Below are positions 45,746 to 56,977 of a stretch of 64,000 nucleotides of DNA, piece by piece; position 1 is the stretch's first letter; each line of letters starts with the position of its first letter. The position numbers were made by a program, and so were the translations under genes. Under the pieces are notes generated by a model, which saw only the letters and a program-made list of their open reading frames with translations, did not search any database and was not told where the DNA came from. Origin of the DNA: Desulfurobacteriaceae bacterium (GTDB lineage Bacteria > Aquificota > Aquificia > Desulfurobacteriales > Desulfurobacteriaceae); NCBI GenBank assembly GCA_027068415.1, contig JAMOTD010000017.1, forward strand, positions 3,074 to 67,073. Direction: 5' to 3'.

Positions 45746-47884
45746 ATGCCGATATCCGAAGTTGCAGTTGAAGTTGGCGGACGGCCTATGCGCTTTCAGA
45801 CGGGAAAGCTGGCCAAACAGGCCGACGGCGCCGTTCTCGTTTCACAGGGCGATACTATGGTTCTCGTTACGGCCGTTATGAGTGAAGAACCGAGGGAGGA
45901 CATAGACTTCTTCCCCCTCTTAGTTGAATACAGGGAGAGGGCCTACGCCGCAGGTAAGATTCCCGGAGGTTTCATAAAGAGGGAGGGCAAACCGAGCGAC
46001 GAGGAAGTTTTAAAGGCAAGGGTTACAGACCGCTCAATCAGGCCGATTTTCCCCAAGGGTTTCAGGAATGACGTTCAGGTAATTGCCTTTGTAATCTCAG
46101 CCGACCAGGAGAACGACCCGGCTGTTTTAGCAATTAACGGAGCCTCCGCTGCCCTCCACATTTCAAGAATTCCCTTTGAGAAGCCCGTCGGAGCCGTAAG
46201 GGTTGCAAGGGTTGACGGCCAGTGGAAGATTAACCCCTCTTACGAGGAGCTCCAGAGTGCAGACATCAACCTTGTAGTCTCGGGAACCGAGGACGCTGTA
46301 GTTATGGTTGAGGGGGGAGCTAAAGAGGTTCCCGAGGAGGAAGTCCTTGACGCAATCATGCTTGCCCACGAGGAGATAAAGAAGATAGTTAAGGCTCAAG
46401 AAGAGCTTCGCCAGCTTGCAGGAAAGCCCAAGTACGAGTTTGTTGCTCCCTCACTTGACGAGGAGACGAAAGAGAAAATCAAGAAGTGGGTCTTTGAGAG
46501 GATTGAGCCCATTGTCACAATTCCCGACAAGCACGAGCGCCGTGAGAAGTTAAGAGAGCTCAAGGAGCTCATGCTCATAGAGCTTAACATTCCCGAAGAG
46601 GAGCACCACCTTGCCAAAGAAGCCTTTAACGAGGCCGAGAAAGAGTTTGTAAGGAAGATGGTTCTTGAAAGGGGCGTAAGGATTGACGGAAGGAAGCCCG
46701 ACGAAATAAGGCCTATTTCAATTGAAGTAGGTCTCCTTCCCAGGGCTCACGGCTCGGCCCTCTTTACGAGGGGTCAGACTCAGGCCCTCGTTACGACCAC
46801 CCTCGGAACTCCCGAGGAGTATCAGGTAGTTGAAGGGCTTTTACCCGAAGAGCAGAAGAGGTTTATGCTCCACTACAACTTCCCTCCCTTCTCCGTCGGC
46901 GAGATTTCACCCCTCAGGGGACCCGGAAGGAGGGAAATCGGACACGGAGCTCTGGCAGAGAGGGCACTTGCGCCTGTTATTCCTCCCGAAGAGGAGTTCC
47001 CCTATGTTATCAGGGTTGTTTCAGACATCTTGGAGTCAAACGGCTCCTCTTCTATGGCTACCGTCTGCGGCGGCTCACTCTCCCTCATGGACGCCGGCGT
47101 TCCTATAAAAGCCCAGGTTGCCGGTATAGCCATGGGGCTGATTATGGAGGGAGATAAGTTTGTCGTCCTGTCTGACATTCTCGGAGACGAAGACCACCTC
47201 GGAGACATGGACTTTAAGGTAGCCGGAACGAGGAAGGGCGTTACCGCAATTCAGATGGACTTGAAGGTTAAGGGAATAAGCAGAGAAGTCCTCTCAACGG
47301 CCCTTGAGCAGGCAAGAAAGGGAAGGCTCTACATACTTGACAAGATGGACGAGGTTATAAGCCAGCCCAGGAAGGAGATTTCCCAGTACGCTCCGAGAAT
47401 TGTTACTACTAAGATTGAGCCTGAGAAGACCAGGGACCTTATCGGTCCTTCCGGTAAGACAATTAAGGCCATAATAGATAAGGCCGGCGTTAAAATAACA
47501 ATTAAGGAGGACGGAACGGTTCTCGTCTCGGCTCCGTCTGAGGATGCTGCCGCTCAGGCCCTTAAGATGATTGAGGACGTTACTAAAGACCTTGCAGTAG
47601 GGAACACTTACCTCGGAAAGGTGACGAGGGTTGAGAACTACGGGGCCTTCGTTGAGCTTGCTCCGGGTAAGGTCGGCCTTATTCACATCTCCAAACTCCC
47701 GCCGGAGGTAAGGGAGAACATCTTTGAGCACATTAAGGTCTCTGACGTTATACCCGTTAAAATCGTTGAGTTTGACCAGCTTGGCAGACCCAAGCTCAGC
47801 CGTATAGACGTTACACCTGAGGAGGAGAAGAGACTAAGGGAGCAGGGAGGCTTCTACTCCGAGCCGGAGAAGGGAAATGAGTAG
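45746..47884 (+). CDS. pnp: Polyribonucleotide nucleotidyltransferase (PNPase)
   Basis: Two RNase PH domains (RPISIEVGLLPRAHGSALFTRGQTQ), then KH and S1 (GKVTRVENYGAFVEL) domains. Confidence 0.95.
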   Translation: MPISEVAVEVGGRPMRFQTGKLAKQADGAVLVSQGDTMVLVTAVMSEEPREDIDFFPLLVEYRERAYAAGKIPGGFIKREGKPSDEEVLKARVTDRSIRPIFPKGFRNDVQVIAFVISADQENDPAVLAINGASAALHISRIPFEKPVGAVRVARVDGQWKINPSYEELQSADINLVVSGTEDAVVMVEGGAKEVPEEEVLDAIMLAHEEIKKIVKAQEELRQLAGKPKYEFVAPSLDEETKEKIKKWVFERIEPIVTIPDKHERREKLRELKELMLIELNIPEEEHHLAKEAFNEAEKEFVRKMVLERGVRIDGRKPDEIRPISIEVGLLPRAHGSALFTRGQTQALVTTTLGTPEEYQVVEGLLPEEQKRFMLHYNFPPFSVGEISPLRGPGRREIGHGALAERALAPVIPPEEEFPYVIRVVSDILESNGSSSMATVCGGSLSLMDAGVPIKAQVAGIAMGLIMEGDKFVVLSDILGDEDHLGDMDFKVAGTRKGVTAIQMDLKVKGISREVLSTALEQARKGRLYILDKMDEVISQPRKEISQYAPRIVTTKIEPEKTRDLIGPSGKTIKAIIDKAGVKITIKEDGTVLVSAPSEDAAAQALKMIEDVTKDLAVGNTYLGKVTRVENYGAFVELAPGKVGLIHISKLPPEVRENIFEHIKVSDVIPVKIVEFDQLGRPKLSRIDVTPEEEKRLREQGGFYSEPEKGNE

Positions 47885-48731
47885 CTGGGCGGCTGCCTGG
47901 GTTCTTTATAGGGGAAAGGTTATTGAGTTTGACGAGAGGTTCCTTGACGTTGCCGTTAAGCTCCAGTCCCTTTTGGGAGGGCACTTAAAGAGGAAAGGGA
48001 GCTCCTTTACCCTCACCCTCCCATCCCTTCCTCAGGTTGATGAAGTTAACCTTGATTTCGTAAGAGGCCTTCTTGAGGCCGGCGGAGTCTTGGGGGAGGG
48101 AGCTCTCTACGTTCCGAAGTTAAAGGGTTTTGAGAAGGAGTTGGCCGAACTCCTGGCGCCCTTTAACCCCAGCGAAACGCAGGATGGTTTCTACTTTACC
48201 GGAGAGGGGGCTAACCTCCTCCTCCACGCCCTTTACGATGAGGGAGGTGAGGAGCGCTCGGAGCTCTTCTTTGAGAAGTTCCTAAAGTTCATAGCCGGAA
48301 GCGACTGGGAGAGGACCTTCTTTGAGTACTCTTTAGAGGAGAGAGCTCTCCCTCCCTTTAAAAAGAGAGTCTCGGACAGCGGCTTTGACCTCCACCTTGT
48401 AAAGCTCATTAAAAAAGAGGGGAACCTCTACTTCTTTGATACGGGAGTTAGGGTTTCTCCCCCTCCGGGTTACTACTTTGACCTCGTTCCCCGCTCATCA
48501 ATCTTTAAGAGCGGTTTTATCCTTGCCAACTCGGTAGGAATAATAGACATGACCTACAGGGGGACTATAAAGGTTCCCCTCATAAAGGTTAATCCCGATG
48601 CACGGGAGCCGGAGCTCCCCTGGAGGGCCGTTCAGTTAATTCCCCGACGCTTCTTCCCCCTTGAGGGCAGGCAGGTTGAAAGTTTAGACCCTACCCTCAG
48701 GGGAGAAGGGGGCTTCGGAAGTACCGGCTGA
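47877..48731 (+). CDS. dut: dUTP diphosphatase fused to an uncharacterised ~145-aa N-terminal domain
   Basis: The C-terminal half has all five trimeric dUTPase motifs: DSGFDLH, VPRSS, GIIDMTYRG, RAVQLIP, RGEGGFGSTG. The N-terminal half has no clear match. Confidence 0.8.
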   Translation: MSSWAAAWVLYRGKVIEFDERFLDVAVKLQSLLGGHLKRKGSSFTLTLPSLPQVDEVNLDFVRGLLEAGGVLGEGALYVPKLKGFEKELAELLAPFNPSETQDGFYFTGEGANLLLHALYDEGGEERSELFFEKFLKFIAGSDWERTFFEYSLEERALPPFKKRVSDSGFDLHLVKLIKKEGNLYFFDTGVRVSPPPGYYFDLVPRSSIFKSGFILANSVGIIDMTYRGTIKVPLIKVNPDAREPELPWRAVQLIPRRFFPLEGRQVESLDPTLRGEGGFGSTG

Positions 48732-48741
48732 GGAGTAGGAG

Positions 48742-49422
48742 TTGATACCCTTAAAGGACATTAATCCCAGCAGGACGACTCCGGTAGTAACGATTTTAAT
48801 CATTGTTGCCTGCTTTTCCGTCTTCCTATACGAGGTTATCCTTCCCCCGGAGTTAAGGGAAGTATTTATCTCAATGTTCGCCGTTATCCCCTACGAGATT
48901 ACCCACGGGGTTGACGTTCCCCCTCCCGACCCCCTGACCCCCTACGGCAACCTCGTTTCCTACCAGTACCTCCACGGAGGATGGATGCACATTCTCGGGA
49001 ATATGCTCTTTTTGTGGGTTTTCGGCGATAACGTTGAGGACAGGCTGGGCAAGTTGAAGTACTTTATCTTCTATACCCTTTGCGGTATCGTTGCCGCCCT
49101 TATCCAGGCCCTCGTTTACCCTAACTCTTTAATTCCGCTAATCGGGGCTTCCGGGGCAATAAGCGGAGTTTTGGGAGCCTACGCGGTTCTTTTCCCGAGG
49201 GCTCAGATAATAACCCTAATTTTTATCTTCTTCCTCGTTGACGTAGTTGCCGTTCCGGCTCTGGTCTGGATTGCTGCTTGGTTTATGATGCAGTTTATCA
49301 GCGCCATGGTTTCCGCCACCCACCTCTCAATGGGAGGGGTTGCCTGGTTTGCCCACATCGGCGGATTTGTTACGGGAGTAATTCTTATAAAGCTTTTGGG
49401 AGTGAGGGGGAGAGCTCCTTAA
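48742..49422 (+). CDS. Rhomboid-family intramembrane serine protease
   Basis: Six TM helices, HGGWMHILGNMLFLWVFG, catalytic GASGAISGVLGAY, and AHIGGF. Confidence 0.8.
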   Translation: MIPLKDINPSRTTPVVTILIIVACFSVFLYEVILPPELREVFISMFAVIPYEITHGVDVPPPDPLTPYGNLVSYQYLHGGWMHILGNMLFLWVFGDNVEDRLGKLKYFIFYTLCGIVAALIQALVYPNSLIPLIGASGAISGVLGAYAVLFPRAQIITLIFIFFLVDVVAVPALVWIAAWFMMQFISAMVSATHLSMGGVAWFAHIGGFVTGVILIKLLGVRGRAP

Positions 49423-50513
49423 AAGCCGAGATTTCGGCTGTAGCTCTCCTCCCTCTTTGAAATCCCCTTTCCCTTAAGGTAGGTTCTCCTATCCCTCCCC
49501 TTGAGCTCCTCAAGGAGCTGGGCTATCGGAATGGTTTCCCTCTCTTTAAAGAGGTGCTTAACCCTCTCAAGCTCCGGTTGTTTCTTTAGGAGCTCCTCAA
49601 AGTACTCCCTGTCTATCTCCTTCAGCTCCAAGATGTCAAAGAGCCTGCTCGGTCTTAAGAGGGCCGGGTCAATCTCTTTAAAGGGCTGGTTTGTGCTGAT
49701 TATTACCTTTACCCTTTTGGGTATAAAGCCGTCGGTTGCCGACAGGAGGGTTGAGATAAAGCCGGTAACGTCCTCGTCTTCACCCCTTTTTAGGCTCGTC
49801 AGCTCAATGTCGTCCATCACGACTACGTCGTAGTAGAGAAAGGTGTGAAGGTCTGAGGCTGCCTCCCTCAGGGCCTCAACCCCTTTCAGCACGAGAACCT
49901 CAACTCCCCTTTCGTAAACTTCCGGAGCTCTTGAGAGGAGGTACTGGATTAACTTGCTCTTTCCCGTTCCCGGCCTGCCGAAGAGGATTAAGAGGCTCTG
50001 GGGCGATGTAAAGAAGCTCTCGGCCAACGAGCGGGGCTCAATTCCGTAGAAGAAATCGGGCTCAATTCCCCTTCTGAACTCTTCCGGCAGGAGGGAGTAC
50101 TCCGGGTTCTGTCCCCACTGGTTGTAGAATGAGAGCCTTACCGAGAACTCGCTCATGAGGAACTCTTTTAGCCGCTCCTTAAGGAGCTCCTCAACCTCCC
50201 TTGCCGCCTCTACCGGCGCCATTGTCAGGACTACTAGAAAGAACCTGTCGCTCAGGAGAGAGCACTCCCTGTTAACCGAGATAAGGCCTACTCTCTTTCC
50301 CTCTTTATCGGTAATTAAGACCTTATCTACCCTCTCCTTCTCCCTTGTTGACTGGGAGCTGATAAAGAGGTTAAACTTACCTTTAAGCTCGCCAAGGAGC
50401 TCTCTTAGCTTCTTTTCCGGGAGCTCTCTGAGCCAGAACTTCCTCCTCCAGAACCTCTCCTTGAGAAGGAGCTCCTGGCTTTTGTCGGTACACTTCCTCA
50501 TAAATTGGTTCAA
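49419..50513 (-). CDS. Classical AAA ATPase with uncharacterised N-terminal domain
   Basis: Walker A GRPGTGKSKL, Walker B VVVMDDIE, and DPALLRPSRLFDILEL (second region of homology / Arg finger segment). Confidence 0.6.
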   Translation of the reverse strand: MNQFMRKCTDKSQELLLKERFWRRKFWLRELPEKKLRELLGELKGKFNLFISSQSTREKERVDKVLITDKEGKRVGLISVNRECSLLSDRFFLVVLTMAPVEAAREVEELLKERLKEFLMSEFSVRLSFYNQWGQNPEYSLLPEEFRRGIEPDFFYGIEPRSLAESFFTSPQSLLILFGRPGTGKSKLIQYLLSRAPEVYERGVEVLVLKGVEALREAASDLHTFLYYDVVVMDDIELTSLKRGEDEDVTGFISTLLSATDGFIPKRVKVIISTNQPFKEIDPALLRPSRLFDILELKEIDREYFEELLKKQPELERVKHLFKERETIPIAQLLEELKGRDRRTYLKGKGISKREESYSRNLGF

Positions 50514-50652
50514 CTTCTCTGCCTCCTTCTGAGCTTCCTGACTTATACTAACGGGATAAAGGGACTTTTTCTGACCTTTAAGGGAGCCTTTTTAAGTAGA
50601 ATTAGTGGGTTGAATTTGGGAGCTCCCCGCCATAAGTTTAATTGCAAATAGT

Positions 50653-52215
50653 TTGCAGTTGGAGGCCGCCTTGGAAAGGGAAAAGCTGTACATCTTTGAT
50701 ACGACCCTGAGGGACGGTGAGCAGACCCCGGGTGTTAACCTAACCGTTGACGAAAAGGTTCAGATAGCCAAGCAGCTTGAAAGGCTCGGCGTTGACGTTA
50801 TAGAGGCCGGTTTTGCAGTTAGCTCTCCGGCAGACTTTGAGGCGGTTAGGAGGATTGCTAAAGAGGTTAAGAACTCAACCGTCTGCTCCCTTGCAAGGGC
50901 TGTTGAGCTTGACATAAAGACCGCCTGGGAGGCCCTAAAAGAGGGGCACAAGGTAAGGATTCACACCTTTATAGCCACTTCCGACATTCACCTTAAGTAC
51001 AAACTGAAGATGAGCCGTGAGGAGGCCTTAAGGAGGGCCGTTGAGGCGGTTAAGCTGATTAGAGAGGTAAGTGAGGGAAGGGCGGAAGTTGAGTTTTCGG
51101 CCGAAGATGCCGGAAGGACAGACCTTAAGTACCTGTGTGAGGTTATTGAGGCCGTTATAGAGGCCGGAGCTCAGGTCGTAAACATTCCCGACACGGTTGG
51201 ATACGCCGTTCCCGACGAGTGGTACGAGAAAATCCTCTACATCAGGGAGAATGTCCCCAACATAGACAGGGCAATTATAAGCGTCCACTGCCACAACGAC
51301 CTCGGCCTTGCAACTGCAAACTCCCTCATGGCCGTTAAGGCCGGAGCCCGTCAGGTTGAGTGCACTATAAACGGAATCGGCGAGAGGGCCGGGAACGCCG
51401 CCCTTGAGGAAGTAGTTATGGCAATTAAAGTTCGCCCCGACCAGTTTCCCGTCTACACCGATATTGACACCAAGCAGATTTACAAGACCTCACAGCTTGT
51501 CAGCAGGTTAACCGGAGTTCTGATTTCCAAAACCAAGCCCATTGTCGGCGATAACGCCTTTGCCCACGAGTCTGGAATTCACCAGCACGGCGTCCTTGAG
51601 TGCCCCGAAACCTACGAGATTATGAGGCCTTCGGACATCGGCTTAACCGAGAGCAAGATAGTTCTCGGTAAGCACTCGGGAAGGCACGCCTTTAAGAAGA
51701 AGCTTGAGGAGATGGGGGTGGAGCTCTCTCCCGAAAAGTTTGAGGAGGCCTTCAGGAAGTTTAAGGAGCTTGCCTCAAGGAAGAAGGAGATTTACGATGT
51801 TGACGTTGAGCTTATAGTTGAGGGCCTTGAGGGAGCTAAGGAGAAGACCTATCGGCTCCTCTACAATCAGGCGGTAAGCGGGGAGGGAATAATCCCCTCT
51901 GCCACCGTTAAAATAGCGACTCCCCAAGGGGAGAAGTTGGGACTTGCCGTCGGAAACGGACCCGTTGACGCAACTTATAAAGCAATAAAGAATGCCCTCT
52001 CAATCGGAGATGAAGTTCAGCTGAGGGACTTTAAGATTAGGGCTTTAACTGCTGGAACTGACGCCCTTGCAGAGGTGTTCGTCACGATTGAGGGAAACGG
52101 CTTCAGGGTCAGCGGAAGGGGAGTTGACCCCGACATTGTCAGGGCCTCTGCCCTTGCCTTTATTGAGGCCTTGAACAGGCTTGAGAGAAGGAAGTCTAAG
52201 AGAAGTGGTGTGTGA
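50653..52215 (+). CDS. leuA: 2-isopropylmalate synthase (or related citramalate synthase)
   Basis: IFDTTLRDGEQTPG, HCHNDLGLATAN, and a C-terminal LeuA-dimer regulatory domain. The TTG start is uncertain. Confidence 0.85.
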   Translation: MQLEAALEREKLYIFDTTLRDGEQTPGVNLTVDEKVQIAKQLERLGVDVIEAGFAVSSPADFEAVRRIAKEVKNSTVCSLARAVELDIKTAWEALKEGHKVRIHTFIATSDIHLKYKLKMSREEALRRAVEAVKLIREVSEGRAEVEFSAEDAGRTDLKYLCEVIEAVIEAGAQVVNIPDTVGYAVPDEWYEKILYIRENVPNIDRAIISVHCHNDLGLATANSLMAVKAGARQVECTINGIGERAGNAALEEVVMAIKVRPDQFPVYTDIDTKQIYKTSQLVSRLTGVLISKTKPIVGDNAFAHESGIHQHGVLECPETYEIMRPSDIGLTESKIVLGKHSGRHAFKKKLEEMGVELSPEKFEEAFRKFKELASRKKEIYDVDVELIVEGLEGAKEKTYRLLYNQAVSGEGIIPSATVKIATPQGEKLGLAVGNGPVDATYKAIKNALSIGDEVQLRDFKIRALTAGTDALAEVFVTIEGNGFRVSGRGVDPDIVRASALAFIEALNRLERRKSKRSGV

Positions 52216-52268
52216 TTAGGGGGGAGCTCCCTCCCTTGCCCTCCCTCCTTTTCTCCCTATTATTTTCC

Positions 52269-52297
52269 TTGACAAACTCTTCTCCCTTTGCTTATAT
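52269..52297 (+). promoter_or_regulatory. Sigma70-like promoter of the str operon
   Basis: TTGACA-17 nt-TTATAT upstream of rpsL. Confidence 0.5.
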
Positions 52298-52329
52298 TCA
52301 GCCCGTCAAACTATATCAGGAGGAGTAGT

Positions 52330-52710
52330 ATGCCCACGATTAACCAACTGGTTAGGAAGGGGCGCGAGAAGAAGGTCAAGCGCTCAAAAGCCCCTGCTCT
52401 ACAGGGCAACCCTCAGAAGAGGGGAGTCTGCGTAAGGGTTTTCACGACTACACCTAAGAAGCCTAACTCTGCTCTGCGTAAGGTTGCAAGGGTAAGGCTC
52501 TCAAACGGAATCTCAGTTACCGCCTACATTCCCGGTATCGGCCACAACCTTCAGGAGCACTCGGTTGTTCTTGTAAGGGGCGGAAGGGTTAAGGACCTTC
52601 CGGGTGTTAGGTACAAGATAATCCGTGGAGCCCTTGACGCTGCCGGAGTTGAGGGAAGAAGACAGTCCCGTTCTAAGTACGGAACAAAGAGACCTAAGGA
52701 GAAAAAATAA
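52330..52710 (+). CDS. rpsL: 30S ribosomal protein S12
   Basis: [13 protein letters not shown]...[13 protein letters not shown] 52330 is preceded by AGGAGG. The upstream 14 codons of the listed ORF are probably not translated. Confidence 0.95.
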   Translation: MPTINQLVRKGREKKVKRSKAPALQGNPQKRGVCVRVFTTTPKKPNSALRKVARVRLSNGISVTAYIPGIGHNLQEHSVVLVRGGRVKDLPGVRYKIIRGALDAAGVEGRRQSRSKYGTKRPKEKK

Positions 52711-52714
52711 TTAG

Positions 52715-53197
<483 letters not shown>

Positions 53198-53221
53198 TTA
53201 ACAGCAATTCAGGAGGACGCC

Positions 53222-55324
53222 TTGAGCAAGCAGCAGGCACTTATAAAGAAGATTAAAGTTCCCCTTGAAAAGGTTAGGAACATAGGAATCATCGCCCACA
53301 TTGACGCCGGTAAAACTACAACTACCGAGCGTATTCTTTACTACACCGGCCGTATCCACAAAATCGGTGAAGTTCACGAGGGTGCGGCCGAGATGGACTG
53401 GATGGAGCAGGAGAAGGAGAGGGGTATTACAATTACCTCCGCTACGACCACCTGCTTCTGGAGAGACCACCGGATTAACATCGTTGACACTCCCGGACAC
53501 GTTGACTTTACCATTGAAGTTGAGCGTTCTCTAAGGGTTCTTGACGGTGCAGTAACAATCCTGTGCTCCGTCGGCGGCGTTCAGCCACAGACAGAGACTG
53601 TCTGGCGTCAGGCTGACAAGTACAGGGTTCCCCGTATCATATTCGTCAACAAGATGGACAGAATCGGTGCCGACTTCTTTAAGGTAGTTGCGGACGTTGA
53701 GGAGAAGCTCGGAGCAAAGCCGGTTCCCGTTCAAATCCCGATTGGTGCCGAGGACGAGTTTAAAGGAGTAGTTGACCTTATTACCATGAAGGCAATCATC
53801 TGGGAAGAGGAGACCCTCGGTGCCAAGTACCACTACGAGGAGATTCCCGAGGAGCTCAAGGACTTGGCCGAAGAGTGGCGTGAGAAGATGCTTGAGGCCA
53901 TTGCCGATATTGATGAAGAGATAATGATGAAGTACCTTGAGGGCGAGGAGATTACCGAAGACGAGATTAAGGCCGCCCTCAGGAAGGGTACAATTGAGCT
54001 CAAGTTCTTCCCGATGCTCTGCGGTTCTGCCTTTAAGAACAAAGGTGTTCAGCCCCTCCTTGACGCAATCGTTGACTACCTCCCCTCTCCCCTTGACATT
54101 CCTCCTGTTAAGGGAGTCAACCCCAAGACCGGAGAGGAAGAGGAGAGGCCTGCTTCCTACGATGCACCCTTTGCGGCACTTGCCTTTAAGATTCTTACCG
54201 ACCCTTACGTAGGTCAGCTTACCTTCATCAGGGTCTACTCAGGTTTAATGGAGTCCGGCTCCTACGTCTACAACGCTACGAGGGATAAGAAGGAGAGGCT
54301 TGCAAGGATTCTCCGTATGCACGCGAACAAGCGTGAGGAGATTCCGGTTCTCGGTGCCGGAGACATCGCCGCGGCCGTCGGTCTCAGGGAGACCTACACC
54401 GGTGATACCCTCTGTGACCCTGAGCACCCGATTCTCCTTGAGGCCATGGAGTTCCCAGAGCCCGTTATCTCTATTGCCGTTGAACCCAAGACGAAGGCCG
54501 ACCAGGAAAAGCTATCAATTGCCCTTCAGAAGCTTGCTAAGGAAGACCCCTCATTTAGGGTCTCTACCGACCACGAAACAGGGCAAACAATCATCTCCGG
54601 TATGGGAGAGCTCCACCTTGAGATTATCGTTGACCGTTTAAAGCGTGAGTTCGGCGTTGAGGTTAACGTAGGTAAGCCTCAGGTTGCCTACAGGGAGACA
54701 ATCAAGAGCGAAGTTACCCAGGAAGGTAAGTTCATCAAGCAGACAGGTGGTCGCGGTCAGTACGGACACGTCTGGCTCAAGATTGAGCCCCTTGAGAGGG
54801 GTAAGGGCTTTGAGTTCCATGAGACAATTAAGGGCGGTGTTGTTCCGAAGGAGTACATCCCCGCAGTTGAGGCCGGCGTAAGGGAGGCTATGGAGACCGG
54901 AGTAGTTGCCGGCTACCCGATGACCGACATCAAGGTTACCCTCTTTGACGGTTCGTACCACGAGGTTGACTCTTCGGAGCTCGCCTTCAAGATTGCCGGC
55001 TCAATCGCCTTTAAAGAAGGCGCCAAGAAGGCCAACCCCGTTCTCCTTGAGCCCATAATGGAGGTTGAGGTTACAACTCCCGAGGAGTTCATGGGAGACG
55101 TAATCGGCGACCTCAACAAGAGGCGCGGTAGGGTTCAGGGAATGGAGGCCCGCGGAAACGCTCAGGTTATTAGAGCTCTCGTTCCCCTTGCAGAGATGTT
55201 CGGATACGCAACCGACCTTCGCTCAATGACTCAGGGCCGTGCGACCTACATAATGAAGTTCAGCCACTACGAGGAAGTTCCTCCAAATGTTGCCGAGCAG
55301 ATAATCGGCGAAAGGAACAAGTAA
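53222..55324 (+). CDS. fusA: Elongation factor G
   Basis: [35 protein letters not shown]. 700 aa. Confidence 0.95.
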   Translation: MSKQQALIKKIKVPLEKVRNIGIIAHIDAGKTTTTERILYYTGRIHKIGEVHEGAAEMDWMEQEKERGITITSATTTCFWRDHRINIVDTPGHVDFTIEVERSLRVLDGAVTILCSVGGVQPQTETVWRQADKYRVPRIIFVNKMDRIGADFFKVVADVEEKLGAKPVPVQIPIGAEDEFKGVVDLITMKAIIWEEETLGAKYHYEEIPEELKDLAEEWREKMLEAIADIDEEIMMKYLEGEEITEDEIKAALRKGTIELKFFPMLCGSAFKNKGVQPLLDAIVDYLPSPLDIPPVKGVNPKTGEEEERPASYDAPFAALAFKILTDPYVGQLTFIRVYSGLMESGSYVYNATRDKKERLARILRMHANKREEIPVLGAGDIAAAVGLRETYTGDTLCDPEHPILLEAMEFPEPVISIAVEPKTKADQEKLSIALQKLAKEDPSFRVSTDHETGQTIISGMGELHLEIIVDRLKREFGVEVNVGKPQVAYRETIKSEVTQEGKFIKQTGGRGQYGHVWLKIEPLERGKGFEFHETIKGGVVPKEYIPAVEAGVREAMETGVVAGYPMTDIKVTLFDGSYHEVDSSELAFKIAGSIAFKEGAKKANPVLLEPIMEVEVTTPEEFMGDVIGDLNKRRGRVQGMEARGNAQVIRALVPLAEMFGYATDLRSMTQGRATYIMKFSHYEEVPPNVAEQIIGERNK

Positions 55325-55331
55325 TAACTTG

Positions 55332-55353
55332 AGCCCCCTTCGGGGGGCTTTTT
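55332..55353 (+). terminator. Intrinsic terminator after fusA
   Basis: AGCCCCC-TTCG-GGGGGCT followed by TTTT. Confidence 0.6.
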
Positions 55354-55359
55354 ATACTC

Positions 55360-55387
55360 TTTACATTTTGAGCTCTTTGCATATAAT
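55360..55387 (+). promoter_or_regulatory. Sigma70-like promoter for tuf
   Basis: TTTACA-16 nt-TATAAT, about 55 nt upstream of the tuf ATG. Confidence 0.55.
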
Positions 55388-55444
55388 TCCAGCCTGCAAG
55401 AGTAGGTCTTTTAAAAACCAATACGGCTATTCAGGAGGATAGAG

Positions 55445-56641
55445 ATGGCAAAGCAGAAGTTTGAAAGGACGAAGCCCCACAAGAACGTGGGAACAATCGG
55501 CCACGTTGACCACGGAAAAACAACCCTAACAGCAGCAATCACCCACTGCCTTGCACTTCAGGGTAAGGCCCAGGAAGTCTCCTACGACCAGATTGACAAA
55601 GCCCCCGAAGAGAGGGAAAGGGGAATTACAATCGCAACAGCCCACGTAGAGTACGAATCTGACAAGTACCACTACGCCCACGTAGACTGCCCCGGCCACG
55701 CAGACTACATCAAGAACATGATTACCGGTGCGGCTCAGATGGACGGAGCGATTCTCGTAGTCTCCGCAGCAGACGGCCCGATGCCCCAGACGAGGGAGCA
55801 CGTACTCCTTGCAAGGCAAGTTAACGTTCCCGCAATTGTAGTATTCCTCAACAAAGTAGACATGGTAGACGACGAAGAGCTTCTTGAGCTCGTTGAGCTT
55901 GAAGTTAGGGAACTTCTCTCTGAGTACGGCTACCCCGGAGACGAAGTACCCGTAATCAAAGGCTCTGCTCTTAAGGCCCTTGAGTGCACTTCACCCGACT
56001 GTGAGTGGTGCCAGCCTATTTACGAGCTTGTAAAGGCCCTTGACGAGTACGTACCTGAGCCTGTAAGGGAAGTAGACAAGCCCTTCCTCATGCCGATAGA
56101 GGACGTCTTCACAATCTCCGGACGCGGAACAGTTGTAACCGGAAGGGTAGAGCGTGGAACCCTGAAAGTAGGAGACGAAGTAGAAATCGTAGGACTGAGG
56201 GAAGAGCCCCTCAAGACAGTAGCGACCGGAATAGAGATGTTCAGGAAAGTACTTGACGAAGCTCTCCCGGGAGACAACATCGGAGTGCTTCTTAGGGGAG
56301 TGGCAAAGGACGAAGTAGAGCGTGGAATGGTACTTGCTAAGCCTGGCAGCATTAAGCCCCACAAGAAGTTCAAGGCTGAAGTTTACATTCTGTCCAAGGA
56401 GGAAGGAGGAAGGCACACGCCGTTCTTTAACGGCTACCAGCCCCAGTTCTACTTCAGGACTACAGACGTAACAGGGAAGGTTAAGCTACCTGAAGGCGTA
56501 GAGATGGTAATGCCCGGAGATAACGTTACCTTTGAGGTAGAGCTTTTAAAGCCTGTAGCTATTGAGGAAGGACTCAGGTTTGCTATCCGTGAGGGTGGTA
56601 GGACTGTCGGTGCAGGCGTTGTTACCGAAATTCTTGACTAA
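55445..56641 (+). CDS. tuf: Elongation factor Tu
   Basis: [31 protein letters not shown]. Confidence 0.97.
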   Translation: MAKQKFERTKPHKNVGTIGHVDHGKTTLTAAITHCLALQGKAQEVSYDQIDKAPEERERGITIATAHVEYESDKYHYAHVDCPGHADYIKNMITGAAQMDGAILVVSAADGPMPQTREHVLLARQVNVPAIVVFLNKVDMVDDEELLELVELEVRELLSEYGYPGDEVPVIKGSALKALECTSPDCEWCQPIYELVKALDEYVPEPVREVDKPFLMPIEDVFTISGRGTVVTGRVERGTLKVGDEVEIVGLREEPLKTVATGIEMFRKVLDEALPGDNIGVLLRGVAKDEVERGMVLAKPGSIKPHKKFKAEVYILSKEEGGRHTPFFNGYQPQFYFRTTDVTGKVKLPEGVEMVMPGDNVTFEVELLKPVAIEEGLRFAIREGGRTVGAGVVTEILD

Positions 56642-56657
56642 TTAGAGAGGGGTAGTT

Positions 56658-56969
56658 ATGGCTCAGGACCGCATTAGGATAAAGCTAACAGCTTACGACC
56701 ACAGGCTCCTTGACAGGTCTGTTCAGGAGATTATTGATACGGTTAAGAGGACCGGCGCAATCGTCGCCGGCCCTATACCTCTTCCCACAAAGCGCTCCTG
56801 GTGGAGCGTTATCCGCTCTCCCCACAAATACAAGTACTCTCAGGAGCAGTTTGAAATCAGGAAGCACAGAAGACTTCTTGACATTAAAAACCCCAAACCT
56901 CAAACCGTGGAAGCTCTTATGGACCTCAAGCTTCCCGCCGGTGTTGATGTAGAGATAAAGCTTGATTAA
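56658..56969 (+). CDS. rpsJ: 30S ribosomal protein S10
   Basis: [14 protein letters not shown]...GPIPLPT...[13 protein letters not shown]. Confidence 0.95.
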   Translation: MAQDRIRIKLTAYDHRLLDRSVQEIIDTVKRTGAIVAGPIPLPTKRSWWSVIRSPHKYKYSQEQFEIRKHRRLLDIKNPKPQTVEALMDLKLPAGVDVEIKLD

Positions 56970-56977
56970 GAGGTGAA

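Noticed and set aside
50643-50657. Perfect 6-bp inverted repeat TGCAAA-TAG-TTTGCA overlapping the putative TTG start of leuA
   Set aside because: It is short enough to occur by chance in an AT-rich leader, and the leuA start itself is uncertain. I saw no T-box or leader-peptide features in 50514..50652.
52288-52329. 14-codon N-terminal extension of rpsL in the ORF track
   Set aside because: The S12 homology starts at MPTINQL, which has its own AGGAGG RBS. The extension overlaps the predicted promoter -10 region.
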